DNA from: Bradymonadia bacterium
GTDB lineage: Bacteria; Myxococcota_A; Bradymonadia; UBA7976; UBA1532
Assembly: GCA_046290225.1 (NCBI GenBank)
Contig: JBKAGE010000078.1
Coordinates: 128,001 to 192,000, forward strand
DNA length: 64,000 bases
Direction of reading: 5' to 3'
Both the position numbers and the translations under genes were made by a program. Below the pieces are notes generated by a model that was given only the letters and a program-made list of their open reading frames with translations, was not told the DNA's origin and did no database searches. Shown piece by piece: positions 35,672 through 46,205 of the stretch (within the stretch, counting starts at the first letter, position 1; the number at the start of each line of letters is the position of its first letter).

Positions 35672-38586
35672 GGCGACACTTCCTCCGCTCTGGGTGTCAC
35701 GGTGACCGCGGCGGGCTGCGCCTCTCCTGTGACGTCGAGCTCTACCTGCCATGTGTCGACGTCCGAACGGGACCAGCGCTGCAGCCCCTTCGGGGGCTGC
35801 GTATCCCAACGCTCCGGCACGTTGAAGGTGCCTTCGACACGCACGCGCCAGGGCGTGGGCACATCGAGCGGTGGGAACGGCCACAGGGGCACACCGACAG
35901 GCTCTACTTCGGGGATGCGCAGGCTCACAGTGCCTGTGCGTCCGTCGCGTGCCCCATTGATCCATTTCGCAGCGGGAAACGCCTGTTCGAGGTGCGCCAT
36001 GATGGCGTCGCGTGCAGGCCAACGAGGTGCCAGCGCTGCAGGCAGTTGCACTGCCCACTGAACCAACACTGCGCCATCTGAAGTCACCTGCCAGCTCAGC
36101 GTCGAGGGCTGTTCAGCGGTCAACACGCCAGGGGATGGTGGCACCCATGGTCGAGGCGAGCCCTGCAGAGGGATCGCCAGATGAGGTGCTCGGAAGTCTC
36201 GTGGCACCGGGTGCAGTGTGCCCTCGTAGAAATACTTCTGTCGGGTGGGCAGCCACAGCGCTGGCTGGTCGAGCTCTTCGAAGAGCGCAGGAGAGTCGGG
36301 CAGCATACGGCCGGAGGGCCAGTGACGATGCGCCGCGACCACCAGGCTGTCTTCTCCCATCGAGGCCAGCATCGCCTGGAGCGCAAAGGCGCACCCCCAT
36401 GCGTCCACCCCGTGCAACCCCTCTGCGACACCGCTCAACATGCCCAGGCTATGGGCAGAGCGCCTCTGGCCACCGCATCGGCCCGTGGAGGACGTCCAGG
36501 CCGACCAGACGCTGAGAGGATCCCCCTGTGCATCGGCCCGCTTCGCCGAGATGTATGCGTCGTTCAGCCTGAGGCGCTCGACGGCGCGCGGATCCGCACG
36601 AAGCCGCGCCACCACCGACCAGTCCGCCGCTGTGCTCAGCGCGATCTGCGGGCGGGGTCCAGAGCGACGCAGACGCCAGCGTCGTACGGGGGCCTCCAGG
36701 CGCCCTGCAGGCACACTCTGTACGCCATCCTCCTCGATAAAGCTCACCCACAGAGGCAAATCCATGGGCGCCTCGATGTGCAGTTCGAAGTCTCCACCAT
36801 GACCGGACTCGGGGATCAGGGCCGAGAAGGCCCGTCCAGGGCGGGGGCGTCGATCGACTGGGGCCCAGACATCTCTCACGAAGAGGCGGCGCCCACCGGA
36901 TGGTGGCACCTCATCTCCGAGATACTCACCCGCGTCATTGAACCATCGTGTTGTCCGATGGCCCGCCACGAGGCCCCCTGGGGCAGTCTCTGGCAGTGGA
37001 AGCGGTCGAGTACCTTCACCAGTATCTGGAGGCGCCAGAATCATCAACTCACGGCACCACTGAGGGCGGCCTCCAGCATCGAGCCTCAACCACCACCTAT
37101 CGCTCAGAGTCGTGGGTGTGCTGACCGCCTCGGAAGGCGCCTTCATCACCAGAAGCGCTGGGGGCGTCGGCGCGTCGAGGTGACAGGGCGTCACGCTCGG
37201 ATCGAGTTCACCGGCAGCGGCAGCAGCCAGTCGCGTACGGTGTTCGACTTGATCTCTGCCTTCAAAGTCCCCCAGAGCCAACCCACGGCGCCAGGCCTCT
37301 CGAGCTTCCAACAACCGGCCTGCAGCCCAATGTGAATCGCCGAGGGCCGCCCACACTTCGGCGCGACCAGGGGCGAGCGCTGCGAGGCGCGCCAGGGCCT
37401 CTGCAGGCGACGCATTCGTTTGGGCCTCAGTGATGGCCCGGGTCATCGAAAATCCTGGGTCGTCTGGCCGCCGGCACCCGATCTCCCCCGGGCCGCACAT
37501 CCCGGAGCGTGCCCCCACGCTCAATCCCAGCCCCCACCCTGCCCAACGTTGTTCACGGGCCATCCAGTCGGTCATCTGAAGGCCCGAGCGGTCCTGGCTC
37601 AGCGAGAGCAGCCTGGCAAGCGCTCGCTGTCGAGTTGTGCCGGAGGCAGTCGCTGCAAGGGCAGTCCACCCCTGTACATGTGTGGGGTCCGCATCGAGGA
37701 CGGCCTGCCAGGCGGTCTCGGCGTCGATGCCTGTCACCGTAGCCCAATGGGCCCACTGCAGGGCACGTTCGAGGTCAGGCCGGGCCAGCCATGCGGCGTA
37801 GGCCGTCGCCTGAGGATCCATCCACGCTGTGGGATCGGCGCGACCCACCTCCATCTTGCCCGCGTCAGTGGCCTGAGAAGGCGGCAGGATCGGGACCCCC
37901 TCCCCCTCACCCTTCGACAGCCTGACGATCGCCTCAGCTGGCCGGCGACCACGACACAACAGCACCTCAAGCGTGTGCGCGCCGGGGCGTAGTCGGAGCG
38001 GCCACCGGCGGGCGTCCAGGCCAGGGCGGTGGCCTGCTTCACCAGAAGCCACCAAGTGCCCATCCACCCAGATGCGATATGGGCGAGTGGCGCCGATGCC
38101 GATCTGCACCCCGCCCTCTCCCTCAAACCGCGTACGCAAAGCCACCCCACCCTCAGCGTATCGGACGAGCTCGCCCGCAGGCACCACACCGTTCACCACA
38201 GCGGACGAGATGTTTCGAAGGTGCGCCATCTCCCCGCGCTTCCACGGCGGGGCGAGATCCTGGTCGGCACAGCCCCGCCCCACCACGTGCGGGTCCAGCT
38301 CAGCCATCTCCCAATCGACAAAGACCCCCTGCGCCTGGAGGGCTGCGTGGGCCTGCTTCACAGCCCCGCGTCGCCCCTCTACCCCGGCGAGGATCACCGC
38401 CCGGCGAGCTGCGAGCATCAGACCTGCAACTGGGGGCATGCGCTCTTCCACAGTCTCTGGAGGTCCGGAAAACACGACCCTCTCCAGGGCGAGGTGAGGC
38501 ATCGGATCAGGGACGGCGAGATCCTGCCCGTGGGCGAGCGAGACGCCCAACAGAGCACAAATCATGAAGGTGGGTGCGGTACGCAT
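35668..38586 (-). CDS. Large exported protein: jelly-roll + TPR + degenerate DUF3857/transglutaminase-like region
   Basis: Signal peptide (AHG); RIWVDG..LRPGAHTLEV; DPTHVQGW and PGRAEVWAALG TPRs; GVDAWGCAFALQAMLASMG. Confidence 0.5.
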   Translation of the reverse strand: MRTAPTFMICALLGVSLAHGQDLAVPDPMPHLALERVVFSGPPETVEERMPPVAGLMLAARRAVILAGVEGRRGAVKQAHAALQAQGVFVDWEMAELDPHVVGRGCADQDLAPPWKRGEMAHLRNISSAVVNGVVPAGELVRYAEGGVALRTRFEGEGGVQIGIGATRPYRIWVDGHLVASGEAGHRPGLDARRWPLRLRPGAHTLEVLLCRGRRPAEAIVRLSKGEGEGVPILPPSQATDAGKMEVGRADPTAWMDPQATAYAAWLARPDLERALQWAHWATVTGIDAETAWQAVLDADPTHVQGWTALAATASGTTRQRALARLLSLSQDRSGLQMTDWMAREQRWAGWGLGLSVGARSGMCGPGEIGCRRPDDPGFSMTRAITEAQTNASPAEALARLAALAPGRAEVWAALGDSHWAAGRLLEAREAWRRGLALGDFEGRDQVEHRTRLAAAAAGELDPSVTPCHLDAPTPPALLVMKAPSEAVSTPTTLSDRWWLRLDAGGRPQWCRELMILAPPDTGEGTRPLPLPETAPGGLVAGHRTTRWFNDAGEYLGDEVPPSGGRRLFVRDVWAPVDRRPRPGRAFSALIPESGHGGDFELHIEAPMDLPLWVSFIEEDGVQSVPAGRLEAPVRRWRLRRSGPRPQIALSTAADWSVVARLRADPRAVERLRLNDAYISAKRADAQGDPLSVWSAWTSSTGRCGGQRRSAHSLGMLSGVAEGLHGVDAWGCAFALQAMLASMGEDSLVVAAHRHWPSGRMLPDSPALFEELDQPALWLPTRQKYFYEGTLHPVPRDFRAPHLAIPLQGSPRPWVPPSPGVLTAEQPSTLSWQVTSDGAVLVQWAVQLPAALAPRWPARDAIMAHLEQAFPAAKWINGARDGRTGTVSLRIPEVEPVGVPLWPFPPLDVPTPWRVRVEGTFNVPERWDTQPPKGLQRWSRSDVDTWQVELDVTGEAQPAAVTVTPRAEEVSP

Positions 38587-38720
38587 CGGCGGCAGCATAC
38601 CCCAAACCGCCGACTCGACGACCCTTTGCAGTCTGCTTCGCGATTCAGCCCTTTGCGCCTGCGGCACAAGGATGACACACTGCCTGCGTTCGTGCCCCGA
38701 ATCACAACTCAAGGAGCCCC

Positions 38721-39533
38721 ATGGATCCCCGGCAAGCCATCATCGAAGAGGCCGCCGCCCACCCTGAAAAACGAGAGGCAGCCCGAGAGGCCGTCTTCAG
38801 CGTGCTCGACGACCTCGACCGCGGCGCTCTGCGGGTGGCAGAGCCCGGCGAAGGCGACGACTGGATCATCCACGAGTGGATCCGCAGGGCCATCCTGCTG
38901 TACTTCGCCCTGAGCCCCATGGAGATCATGGAGGCCCCCCCCTTCGAGTTCCGCGATCGCATCCGCCCCAAGCAGAACCTCGAGGCCGCCGGCGTCCGGG
39001 TGGTCCCCCCTGGCGTGGCTCGGTACGGCAGCCACCTCGAGCCCGGTGTCATCCTGATGCCGGGATACGTGAACATCGGCGCCCGCGTCGGCGCGGGCAC
39101 GCTCGTGGACACGTGGGCCACCGTGGGCAGCTGCGCCCAGATCGGTGCCGGCGTGCACCTCAGCGGTGGGGTGGGCATCGGCGGGGTGCTGGAGCCCCCC
39201 GGTGCGAGTCCGGTCATCATCGAAGATCACGCTTTCATCGGATCCCGATGTGTCGTCGTCGAGGGCGTGCGTGTGGGCAAGGGCGCCGTGCTCGGCGCCA
39301 ACACCATCCTCACGAAAACCACCCCCATCATCGACGTCACCGGTGAGGCCGAGGTCATCCACAAGGGTCGGGTGCCCGCAGGCTCCGTGGTGATTCCCGG
39401 TGTGCGGCCTCGACAGTTCCCCGCAGGCACGTATCATCTGCCTTGCGCCCTGATCATTGGCCATCGCACCGAGTCCACTGATCAGAAGACCTCGCTCAAC
39501 GACGCTCTGCGTCGCTTTGATGTTCCCGTATAG
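38721..39533 (+). CDS. dapD: Tetrahydrodipicolinate N-succinyltransferase
   Basis: LDRGALRVAE, RVVPP, YVNIGA, VDTWATVGSCAQIG, HLSGGVGIGGVLEP. Confidence 0.96.
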   Translation: MDPRQAIIEEAAAHPEKREAAREAVFSVLDDLDRGALRVAEPGEGDDWIIHEWIRRAILLYFALSPMEIMEAPPFEFRDRIRPKQNLEAAGVRVVPPGVARYGSHLEPGVILMPGYVNIGARVGAGTLVDTWATVGSCAQIGAGVHLSGGVGIGGVLEPPGASPVIIEDHAFIGSRCVVVEGVRVGKGAVLGANTILTKTTPIIDVTGEAEVIHKGRVPAGSVVIPGVRPRQFPAGTYHLPCALIIGHRTESTDQKTSLNDALRRFDVPV

Positions 39534-39541
39534 GCTGGCAC

Positions 39542-40393
39542 ATGGAAGACGATCTGACTCGTGACCCGCCACAGGCCTCTCCTGTGGACGATCTCTTCGG
39601 CGGCGATGCGCTCGATCTCGGCGAGGCCGAAGCGCCCTCCAAACCCTCGCGGCGGTTTGGCGGAGGTGGCCGCCGGCCACAGATGAGCTGGGTGATCATG
39701 GGGGTGGGCGGGCTGCTGTTCCTCATCATCTTCTGGTACCTGTCCAGCGCCCAGCGCGACCGATACTACATCGAAGTCGATGACGGTCAGGTCTCCGTGG
39801 AGCGGGGGCTGTTCTTCCCCTTCGGCTCTGGTGAGTGGCAGCCCAACCGCGCGTACAAACCCTTCACCCTGCCCCCCGGCGTCACCCCCGAAAAGACCGG
39901 GGCCATGACCGCCGAGGAAGCCGATCAGGTGCTCTTCTCGCTCTACATGACCATCGCCGATCGTCAGGTGAAGGATCTCGATGGCGGTGATCCCGAGCTC
40001 GCGGAAGAAATGCTGCTCCGGGCCAACAAGCTTAACCACACCACCACCAAAGATGATCGCAAACTGTTGTCCATGATGGGCGATGTGCACTTCACACGGG
40101 GCATCTCTCAGATTCGGGGCATCCAAGCCCAGTTCGACGAAGCCCTCGCGCAGTTCCGCATGGCAGCCCAGCGAGGTGGCGTCACGTACAAGGGCGCTCA
40201 CCAGTGGGTTGAGGCCATCGAACGCCTGCGCTCCGAGTTTCGGATTCTCTCCGAGCGCAGCGGCATCAACCCCGACGAGATCCTCGCCCGACCCCCTCGA
40301 CCTCTCGATCTCAAGGCGCGCTCCGAAGGCGCCGAAGGCGAAGAAGAGACAAAGGGTGACGCGGCCGACGCCGGACCCCCTGAAGAGGACTGA
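39542..40393 (+). CDS. Hypothetical single-pass membrane protein
   Basis: TM VIMGVGGLLFLIIFWYL; typical high-GC3 codon usage; 8 bp after dapD. Confidence 0.7.
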   Translation: MEDDLTRDPPQASPVDDLFGGDALDLGEAEAPSKPSRRFGGGGRRPQMSWVIMGVGGLLFLIIFWYLSSAQRDRYYIEVDDGQVSVERGLFFPFGSGEWQPNRAYKPFTLPPGVTPEKTGAMTAEEADQVLFSLYMTIADRQVKDLDGGDPELAEEMLLRANKLNHTTTKDDRKLLSMMGDVHFTRGISQIRGIQAQFDEALAQFRMAAQRGGVTYKGAHQWVEAIERLRSEFRILSERSGINPDEILARPPRPLDLKARSEGAEGEEETKGDAADAGPPEED

Positions 40394-40510
40394 TCTGACC
40401 TTCATTGGGAAGACGCTCGACCTGAAGACGATTAATCCGTGTGCAGGGCCGCCACCGGTGGCCCTGTGGCGGCATCCCACTTCTCTGATCGGCTATACTC
40501 TCGGCTTGTG

Positions 40511-41710
40511 ATGGGACGACACGCACCAGTCTGGCCGAGGCTCCTCCTCAGTACAGGCGTCTCGACGGCCATTGTCTTTGCCGCCTTGTGGCTGACGGTG
40601 AGCTACGTCCAGATCCCGTCGAAGAGCGAGATGAAGCCGATGTCGCTCCCAGCGCGGCAGGCGGTCACTCTGCTCACCGAGCGCGAAGTCCGGCAGATGC
40701 TCTCTCGCAAGAGCCCTCAGCGCCCCAAACCACCCAAAAAGAAAGAGCCCGAGAAGCCTGAGGAGAAAAAGATCGATCTCGCCAAGGGTCAGGTGGTGGA
40801 GATCCCGCCCCCAGTGCGAGAAGAGGTGCCCGAGAACACCAATCTGGTCTCTGATTACGACAGCAAAGTCGAAAAGCAGATGATCGCCAACACCAACAAG
40901 CCTCCATCTCAGAAGATGATCAAAGGGCCTGAGGTGAAGGTGTCGCCCGGTGACGATCCCGACGGCAACACTCGGGAGCGCAAGCGCCCGGCGAAACGCT
41001 CGAAGCGCAAGAGCAAGCGCCGCAAGGGCCCTCAGCGCAAAGACGACGGCATCGCACGGCAGAACCCGTCGGAGAAGGTGGGCCAGCAGAGCAACACCAA
41101 GACCAAGAGCGCCAAGTGGCAGGAAGAGGTCCCCGGCGTCAAGGACATGGCCAAGGTGGCCGACGGCAGCCTGCAGTCCGAGCAGGAGCGCCAGCGGGCC
41201 AATACTCAAGGCGGCAACGGGCCCATGGCCTCTGCCGGGGCCCCTGAAGACTACCGCTCTCTGCTGCCCACCATGGGCCTCACCGAGCAAGAAGCCAGCG
41301 TGGGCTCGGTGGACCGCGTCGAAGATGTAGCTGATGGCCCCCAGACCCTGCTCAACACCCGGTCTTCAAAGTACGCCTGGTTCTTCAACCGGGTGAAGAA
41401 CCAGGTGGTCCAACACTGGCGCCCGGGTCAGGCCTATCGGCGACGGGATCCTTACGGTCGGGTGTACGGCCGAAAAGACCGCGTCACTGTGGTGGAGGTC
41501 ACCCTCAACCCCAAAGGTGGCCTCGAAGACATCTACATCAAGAAAGACAGCGGCGTGGCCTTCCTCGACGAGGTGGTCATCCAGGCCTTCCAAAAAGCCC
41601 AGCCCTTCCCCAATCCCCCAGCAGGGCTCAAGGGGGACGACGGCATGATCACCTTCAGCTTCGTGTTCTATCTGGAGCTGAACCGCCCGGGGATGCGATT
41701 CTTCAGGTAA
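40511..41710 (+). CDS. TonB-family energy transducer (C-terminal TonB_C domain)
   Basis: N-terminal TM; Pro/Lys-rich linker; LNT...Y..FF.RVK..V...W.P...SGVAFLD....AF.KAQPFPNPP. Confidence 0.82.
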   Translation: MGRHAPVWPRLLLSTGVSTAIVFAALWLTVSYVQIPSKSEMKPMSLPARQAVTLLTEREVRQMLSRKSPQRPKPPKKKEPEKPEEKKIDLAKGQVVEIPPPVREEVPENTNLVSDYDSKVEKQMIANTNKPPSQKMIKGPEVKVSPGDDPDGNTRERKRPAKRSKRKSKRRKGPQRKDDGIARQNPSEKVGQQSNTKTKSAKWQEEVPGVKDMAKVADGSLQSEQERQRANTQGGNGPMASAGAPEDYRSLLPTMGLTEQEASVGSVDRVEDVADGPQTLLNTRSSKYAWFFNRVKNQVVQHWRPGQAYRRRDPYGRVYGRKDRVTVVEVTLNPKGGLEDIYIKKDSGVAFLDEVVIQAFQKAQPFPNPPAGLKGDDGMITFSFVFYLELNRPGMRFFR

Positions 41711-41763
41711 GGCTCAGTTGGGGCCCGAAGAAGAGTCTCAGAGAAGAGGCCCAGAGGAGAGGC

Positions 41764-42153
41764 TCAACCCCCAGCGGCGAGCAGCGCGTCGTAGTCGGCG
41801 GCGCTCATGAGGCCCTCGAAAGCCCCAGCGTCCGCAGGCTTGATCTTGATCATCCACCCATCACCATACGGCGCTGAGTTCACCAGCTCAGGCGCATCGG
41901 CGAGGCCCTCGTTCACCGCGGTGATCTCACCAGCGATGGGGGCGAAGAGATCACTCACGGTCTTCACGGACTCCACAGTCCCGAACTGCGCTTCAGCGTC
42001 GACGTCGTCGCCCACGGCGGGCAGTTCCACGAAGACCACATCACCCAGAGCATCCTGAGCGTGATCGGTGATGCCCACGGTGATGGTGCCGTCGGCTTCG
42101 AGACGGGCCCACTCGTGGTCCTTGGTGTAGCGCAGCTCTGCGGGGCTTCCCAT
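41764..42153 (-). CDS. gcvH: Glycine cleavage system H protein
   Basis: [35 protein letters not shown] (lipoyl Lys), PYGDGW. Confidence 0.97.
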   Translation of the reverse strand: MGSPAELRYTKDHEWARLEADGTITVGITDHAQDALGDVVFVELPAVGDDVDAEAQFGTVESVKTVSDLFAPIAGEITAVNEGLADAPELVNSAPYGDGWMIKIKPADAGAFEGLMSAADYDALLAAGG

Positions 42154-42206
42154 GCTTGGCTCCTCGAATCGTAGGGTGACGCCCTCAGGCGCCAGGTGAA
42201 GATGAA

Positions 42207-43298
42207 CTATTTCTTGAGAAAAGGCGGCTTGACCACTTCGCCCTCGGCCACCCGGTTGCGAATCTGCACGCGGATGGGCGTGCCGGAGCGGTGCTGGCCC
42301 TGGGGCACGTAGGCCATACCGATGTTGACCCCGAGGCTTGGCGAGCGGGTGCCTGACGTCACCTCGCCGATGGTCTGGCCCTCGGCATCGACCACTGGGT
42401 AGCCATGTCGTGCCGGCGGTCCGCCTGGCAATGTGAAGGCGATGAGCCGACGCTTCAACCCTTCGGCCTTCTGAGCCACGAGGGCCGCCTTGCCGATGAA
42501 GTCCCCGGCGCCGAGTGGGGTGCACCAGCCCAGCCCTGCCTCGAGGGGGCTGGTGCTCTCGTCGATGTCGTTGCCATAGAGGGCGTACTTCATCTCGAGA
42601 CGCAGCGTGTCACGGGCGCCGAGGCCTACAGGGGCCACCACCCCATCGCCGGCCTCGATGAGCGCCTTCCAGAGTCCAGGGGCAGCCTCAGGGGCCATGT
42701 ACAGCTCGAAACCATCCTCCCCAGTGTAGCCCGTGCGGCTGATGATCATCGGTACCCCAGCCACGCTGCCCTCAGCGGCCCAATAGCGGTCGATGCTCGA
42801 CAGATCGACCTCAGTGAGCGTCTGGAGCACCTCGGCGGCTTTGGGGCCCTGCAACGCAAGCTGGGCGTAGTTGTCGCCTACGTCGACAGCGGAGACCTGA
42901 TCATCGCCGATGTGGGCTTTGATCCAGGCGAAGTCTTTGTCGCGGTTGGCGGCGTTGCAGCAGATGAGCACGCGCTCAGCGCTCAGGCGGTAGACCACCA
43001 GGTCGTCCACCACGCCCCCTTCGGGCGTGCACATGCAAGTATAGAGGGCCTGGCCATCGGCGAGTTTGGTGAGATCGTTCCCGATCAGCCGATCGAGCGC
43101 CGGAATGGCCCGGGGGCCAGTGATCTCGATCTCTCCCATGTGGCTCACGTCGAAGAGGCCTGCTGCGGTGCGGGTGTGGCGGTGCTCCGCCTGAATGCCG
43201 GTGTACTGCACCGGCATTTCCCAGCCACCGAAGTCCACCATGCGAGCGCCAGCGGCCACGTGGGCTTCGTAGAGTGGGGTACGCTTGAGATCAGACAT
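42207..43298 (-). CDS. gcvT: Glycine cleavage system T protein (aminomethyltransferase)
   Basis: [44 protein letters not shown]. Confidence 0.97.
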   Translation of the reverse strand: MSDLKRTPLYEAHVAAGARMVDFGGWEMPVQYTGIQAEHRHTRTAAGLFDVSHMGEIEITGPRAIPALDRLIGNDLTKLADGQALYTCMCTPEGGVVDDLVVYRLSAERVLICCNAANRDKDFAWIKAHIGDDQVSAVDVGDNYAQLALQGPKAAEVLQTLTEVDLSSIDRYWAAEGSVAGVPMIISRTGYTGEDGFELYMAPEAAPGLWKALIEAGDGVVAPVGLGARDTLRLEMKYALYGNDIDESTSPLEAGLGWCTPLGAGDFIGKAALVAQKAEGLKRRLIAFTLPGGPPARHGYPVVDAEGQTIGEVTSGTRSPSLGVNIGMAYVPQGQHRSGTPIRVQIRNRVAEGEVVKPPFLKK

Positions 43299-44163
43299 GG
43301 TCACCTCCTCGGCGAGCCTCTGCGGCAATGCACACATTCATCATGAGCTGAGCGATGGTCATGGGCCCCACCCCACCAGGGACGGGGGTGATGGCGGAGG
43401 CCACCTCGGCGCACTCGGCGAAGGCCACGTCACCGACGAGCTTGCCCTCGTCGTTGCGGTTGATGCCCACGTCGATGACCACGGCGCCGGGCTTGATCCA
43501 GTCCCCCTTCACCATCTCCCGACGACCCACGGCGGCGACGACGATGTCGGCCTCGCGGACTCGCTCGGCGAGATCGACCGTGCGGCTGTGGCAAATGGTC
43601 ACTGTTGCATTGGCACCGAGCAGCAACAGCGCCATGGGTCGACCCACGATGACGCTGCGGCCGATGACCACGGCTCGTTTGCCCGAAAGATCCGTGCCCA
43701 GCTCTTTGAGCATGCGCATGCAGCCCGAAGGGGTACAGGGCACCAGCTTGGGATTCCCGGCGGCGAGGCGTCCGAGGTTGTCCGGATGGAAACCATCGAC
43801 ATCTTTCGCCGGGTCGACACGCTCCAACACACGCTGGGTATCTTCAGCGCTGATGCCCGATGGCAGGGGGAGCTGTACCAGGATGCCGTCGACCTCATCA
43901 TCTGCGTTGAGTGCATCCACCTGGGCGAGGACTTCTTCGGCGCTCACCGTGTCTGGCAGCCGGATCGTGCGGGCGTTGATGCCCACCTTCTCGGCGACAC
44001 GGCCTTTGTTGCGCACGTAGACCGCGCTCGCCGGATCGTCTCCGGCGAGGACTACAGCGAGACCAGGGGTGATGCCACGGGCCTTGAGGGCCTCGGCTCG
44101 GTCTTTCGCTTCGGCCCGAACCTGGGCGGCGATGACCTTGCCGGAGATGAGGGTCGCTGACAT
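43291..44163 (-). CDS. folD: Methylene-THF dehydrogenase/cyclohydrolase
   Basis: [49 protein letters not shown]. Confidence 0.98.
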   Translation of the reverse strand: MSATLISGKVIAAQVRAEAKDRAEALKARGITPGLAVVLAGDDPASAVYVRNKGRVAEKVGINARTIRLPDTVSAEEVLAQVDALNADDEVDGILVQLPLPSGISAEDTQRVLERVDPAKDVDGFHPDNLGRLAAGNPKLVPCTPSGCMRMLKELGTDLSGKRAVVIGRSVIVGRPMALLLLGANATVTICHSRTVDLAERVREADIVVAAVGRREMVKGDWIKPGAVVIDVGINRNDEGKLVGDVAFAECAEVASAITPVPGGVGPMTIAQLMMNVCIAAEARRGGDHV

Positions 44164-44231
44164 AGGCACTCCAGAGGGTTCAGCCCGACCGTCGAGGTCG
44201 AGCAGAGTGCCAGAGCCACGCGCGTCGGGGA

Positions 44232-44819
44232 TCAGCTGATGGTGGAGAGATAAGTCTTCAGAGAGCCGGGGTCAACCTGAGTGAACCGTACGCCGAGGAG
44301 CAGGTTCTGATCTTTGTCCCGACGGACGTGCACCAGCTGGCAACGACCGTCCAGCGGAGGGGCGCCGTCGCCGGAGGTCACCAACAGGTTGAACTCCACC
44401 GGCAGGCTGCCGGCGGTGCTGTCGAGACCGCTGATCAGGGCACCGCCCATGGACAAGTTCACCACCTGGACAGCGGTGGTGATGGTGTTGTCCAGACCAC
44501 GGATCTCGCCGGTGAGGGTCACCGGGGTGCGGGGGAAAGCGCGGGCCTCGGGGCCACGGGCCACCTCGGGGGCGGGGGTGCGGTTGCGGCCCCGGGACGA
44601 CTTCTTGGTGGCCTGCTTCTCGTCGAACTCCGTGAGGAGATCGTGGGAGATGCCGTGCTCGTCCATGAACGCCTCGACACTCTCCCGGTAAATGCGACGC
44701 TCGTTGGAGCGCGGCAGCCGGAAGCCGTTCAACTTCTCTTCATCAAACCACTTGATGACGGTGTTGATGTTGACGCTGAAGATGCGCGCCACCTGACCTG
44801 TCGTGAATACCCTCTGCAT
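44232..44819 (-). CDS. Excisionase/MerR-like HTH + PilZ domain protein
   Basis: [12 protein letters not shown]...TVIKW...L.GFRLP.S.ERRI; PilZ motifs RAFPR and NLSMGG; GVRF. Confidence 0.85.
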   Translation of the reverse strand: MQRVFTTGQVARIFSVNINTVIKWFDEEKLNGFRLPRSNERRIYRESVEAFMDEHGISHDLLTEFDEKQATKKSSRGRNRTPAPEVARGPEARAFPRTPVTLTGEIRGLDNTITTAVQVVNLSMGGALISGLDSTAGSLPVEFNLLVTSGDGAPPLDGRCQLVHVRRDKDQNLLLGVRFTQVDPGSLKTYLSTIS

Positions 44820-44864
44820 GACTCTCTCCCCTTTGGAGGAAACACCCGCCTCCGACTGTGCTCC

Positions 44865-46205
44865 TCAGCCTTCCATGGCTGAATCGAGCGAGGCCCTTGA
44901 ATGCTCCGACAATTGTGGCTCCGCCGGGCGAGCCTCGTCGTAGTCTGGTTCCAGCTGCATGTATGCGCAGCGCCGGCAGAAAAACTCTGGGTTGATGAAC
45001 CGCTGCTCCCGAGCGCGAATGGCTGCGAGGCCTTCGTTGAGTCGCAGGAAGTTGTCGAGGGTGTAGAAGGCTTCTTCCCCCCGGTTCTTTCCTGTGACCT
45101 TCCAGAACAGCGAGTAGATGGGCACCACCCCCCTGGGGGTCAGGTACTCACCGCATTCCATGTTGCTCTCGTAGGCCTGCTCAGGGGTCTCGAAAGCCCC
45201 CTCGCCTTCAAGCTCGGCGCCACCGACCATGGCAGTCATGACGTCGTTGGGACCAAAGATCTCCGCCGCCTCGAGCAGCGAAGTGATCCACCGATCGCGA
45301 CCGATGAACTTGGCCTTGCCTGGGCACACGCGCTCGAACTGAGCTTTGTCCCAGACCTCCATGTTGTAGCAGGCTCCGCGTACCCCGAGATCCCTCAGGG
45401 TCTTCATGTGGGCCTTGGTGATGGCCCCTGATCCCAGGGCGATGTAGTAGCGCTCGTGGAGCCCCGCTGCGTTGAGCGTGCGGGCGATCTGAATGTAGCG
45501 CTCGCCCTCCTGCTCGATGTCGAGCACCGAGCCCCCCACCAGGTACAAGTGCCGGGCATGGGTCTCGGGGTGGCTGCAGGCCTCGGTGACCCGGTCGAGG
45601 GTCTCCTGAGGCAGCTCGGTCTTGCCGATGACCTGACCCAGGGGCTCGAGGCGCTGCTTGTCAGGCAACCCGTACAGGCAGAAAGTGCAGCTGAGATTCT
45701 CGGTTTTGCCCTTGCCCAGCGGATCCTTGCTCGCTGGGGCGAGGAAGTACTCGCACCCCGGCGCCACGTTGAGCACGAGCATGTCGCCGTGCTGGCTCAG
45801 GCCGGTGGAGCGCATGGGCACCCCGGAGGCCGTGAGGGCTTCGGTCCAAGCCCGCCGAGGCTCGAAACTCATGGGACACACCAGACGCTCCCCCTCCCAG
45901 AGGGTGAACATCGTCGGATCGCCTTCCACGGGGGTGATCCGGAAGGGTGAGTCCCGCTTGACGCGCATGCGGCAGTGGGTGGTGCCGTCGAGCACCATCA
46001 TGTACGGCACTGCCACCTTCATCTGCCCCTTGTAGGCCGGCTCGCCGGGGAGCAGCTGGTGAGGCATGTAGTTGGGGAAGGCCCACGATACAGCCTCGGG
46101 CAGGCAGGGGTGATACTGCACCCCAGCATAGAGCAAAGCGGCCTTCAGCCGCGCCATGGAGGGCGTGCTCGGGTACTTCTCTGCGAGTTGGTCGAGGTAT
46201 GTCAT
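44865..46205 (-). CDS. Radical SAM protein with a non-canonical C-x21-C-x2-C motif
   Basis: GCEYF..(21)..CTFC, VGGS, YNMEVWD...F..VCPGK, C-terminal CRRC. Alternative GTG start at 46208. Confidence 0.8.
   Translation of the reverse strand: MTYLDQLAEKYPSTPSMARLKAALLYAGVQYHPCLPEAVSWAFPNYMPHQLLPGEPAYKGQMKVAVPYMMVLDGTTHCRMRVKRDSPFRITPVEGDPTMFTLWEGERLVCPMSFEPRRAWTEALTASGVPMRSTGLSQHGDMLVLNVAPGCEYFLAPASKDPLGKGKTENLSCTFCLYGLPDKQRLEPLGQVIGKTELPQETLDRVTEACSHPETHARHLYLVGGSVLDIEQEGERYIQIARTLNAAGLHERYYIALGSGAITKAHMKTLRDLGVRGACYNMEVWDKAQFERVCPGKAKFIGRDRWITSLLEAAEIFGPNDVMTAMVGGAELEGEGAFETPEQAYESNMECGEYLTPRGVVPIYSLFWKVTGKNRGEEAFYTLDNFLRLNEGLAAIRAREQRFINPEFFCRRCAYMQLEPDYDEARPAEPQLSEHSRASLDSAMEG

Noticed and set aside
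44164..44231. Possible glycine riboswitch before folD-gcvT
   Set aside because: Only 68 bp and no aptamer consensus.
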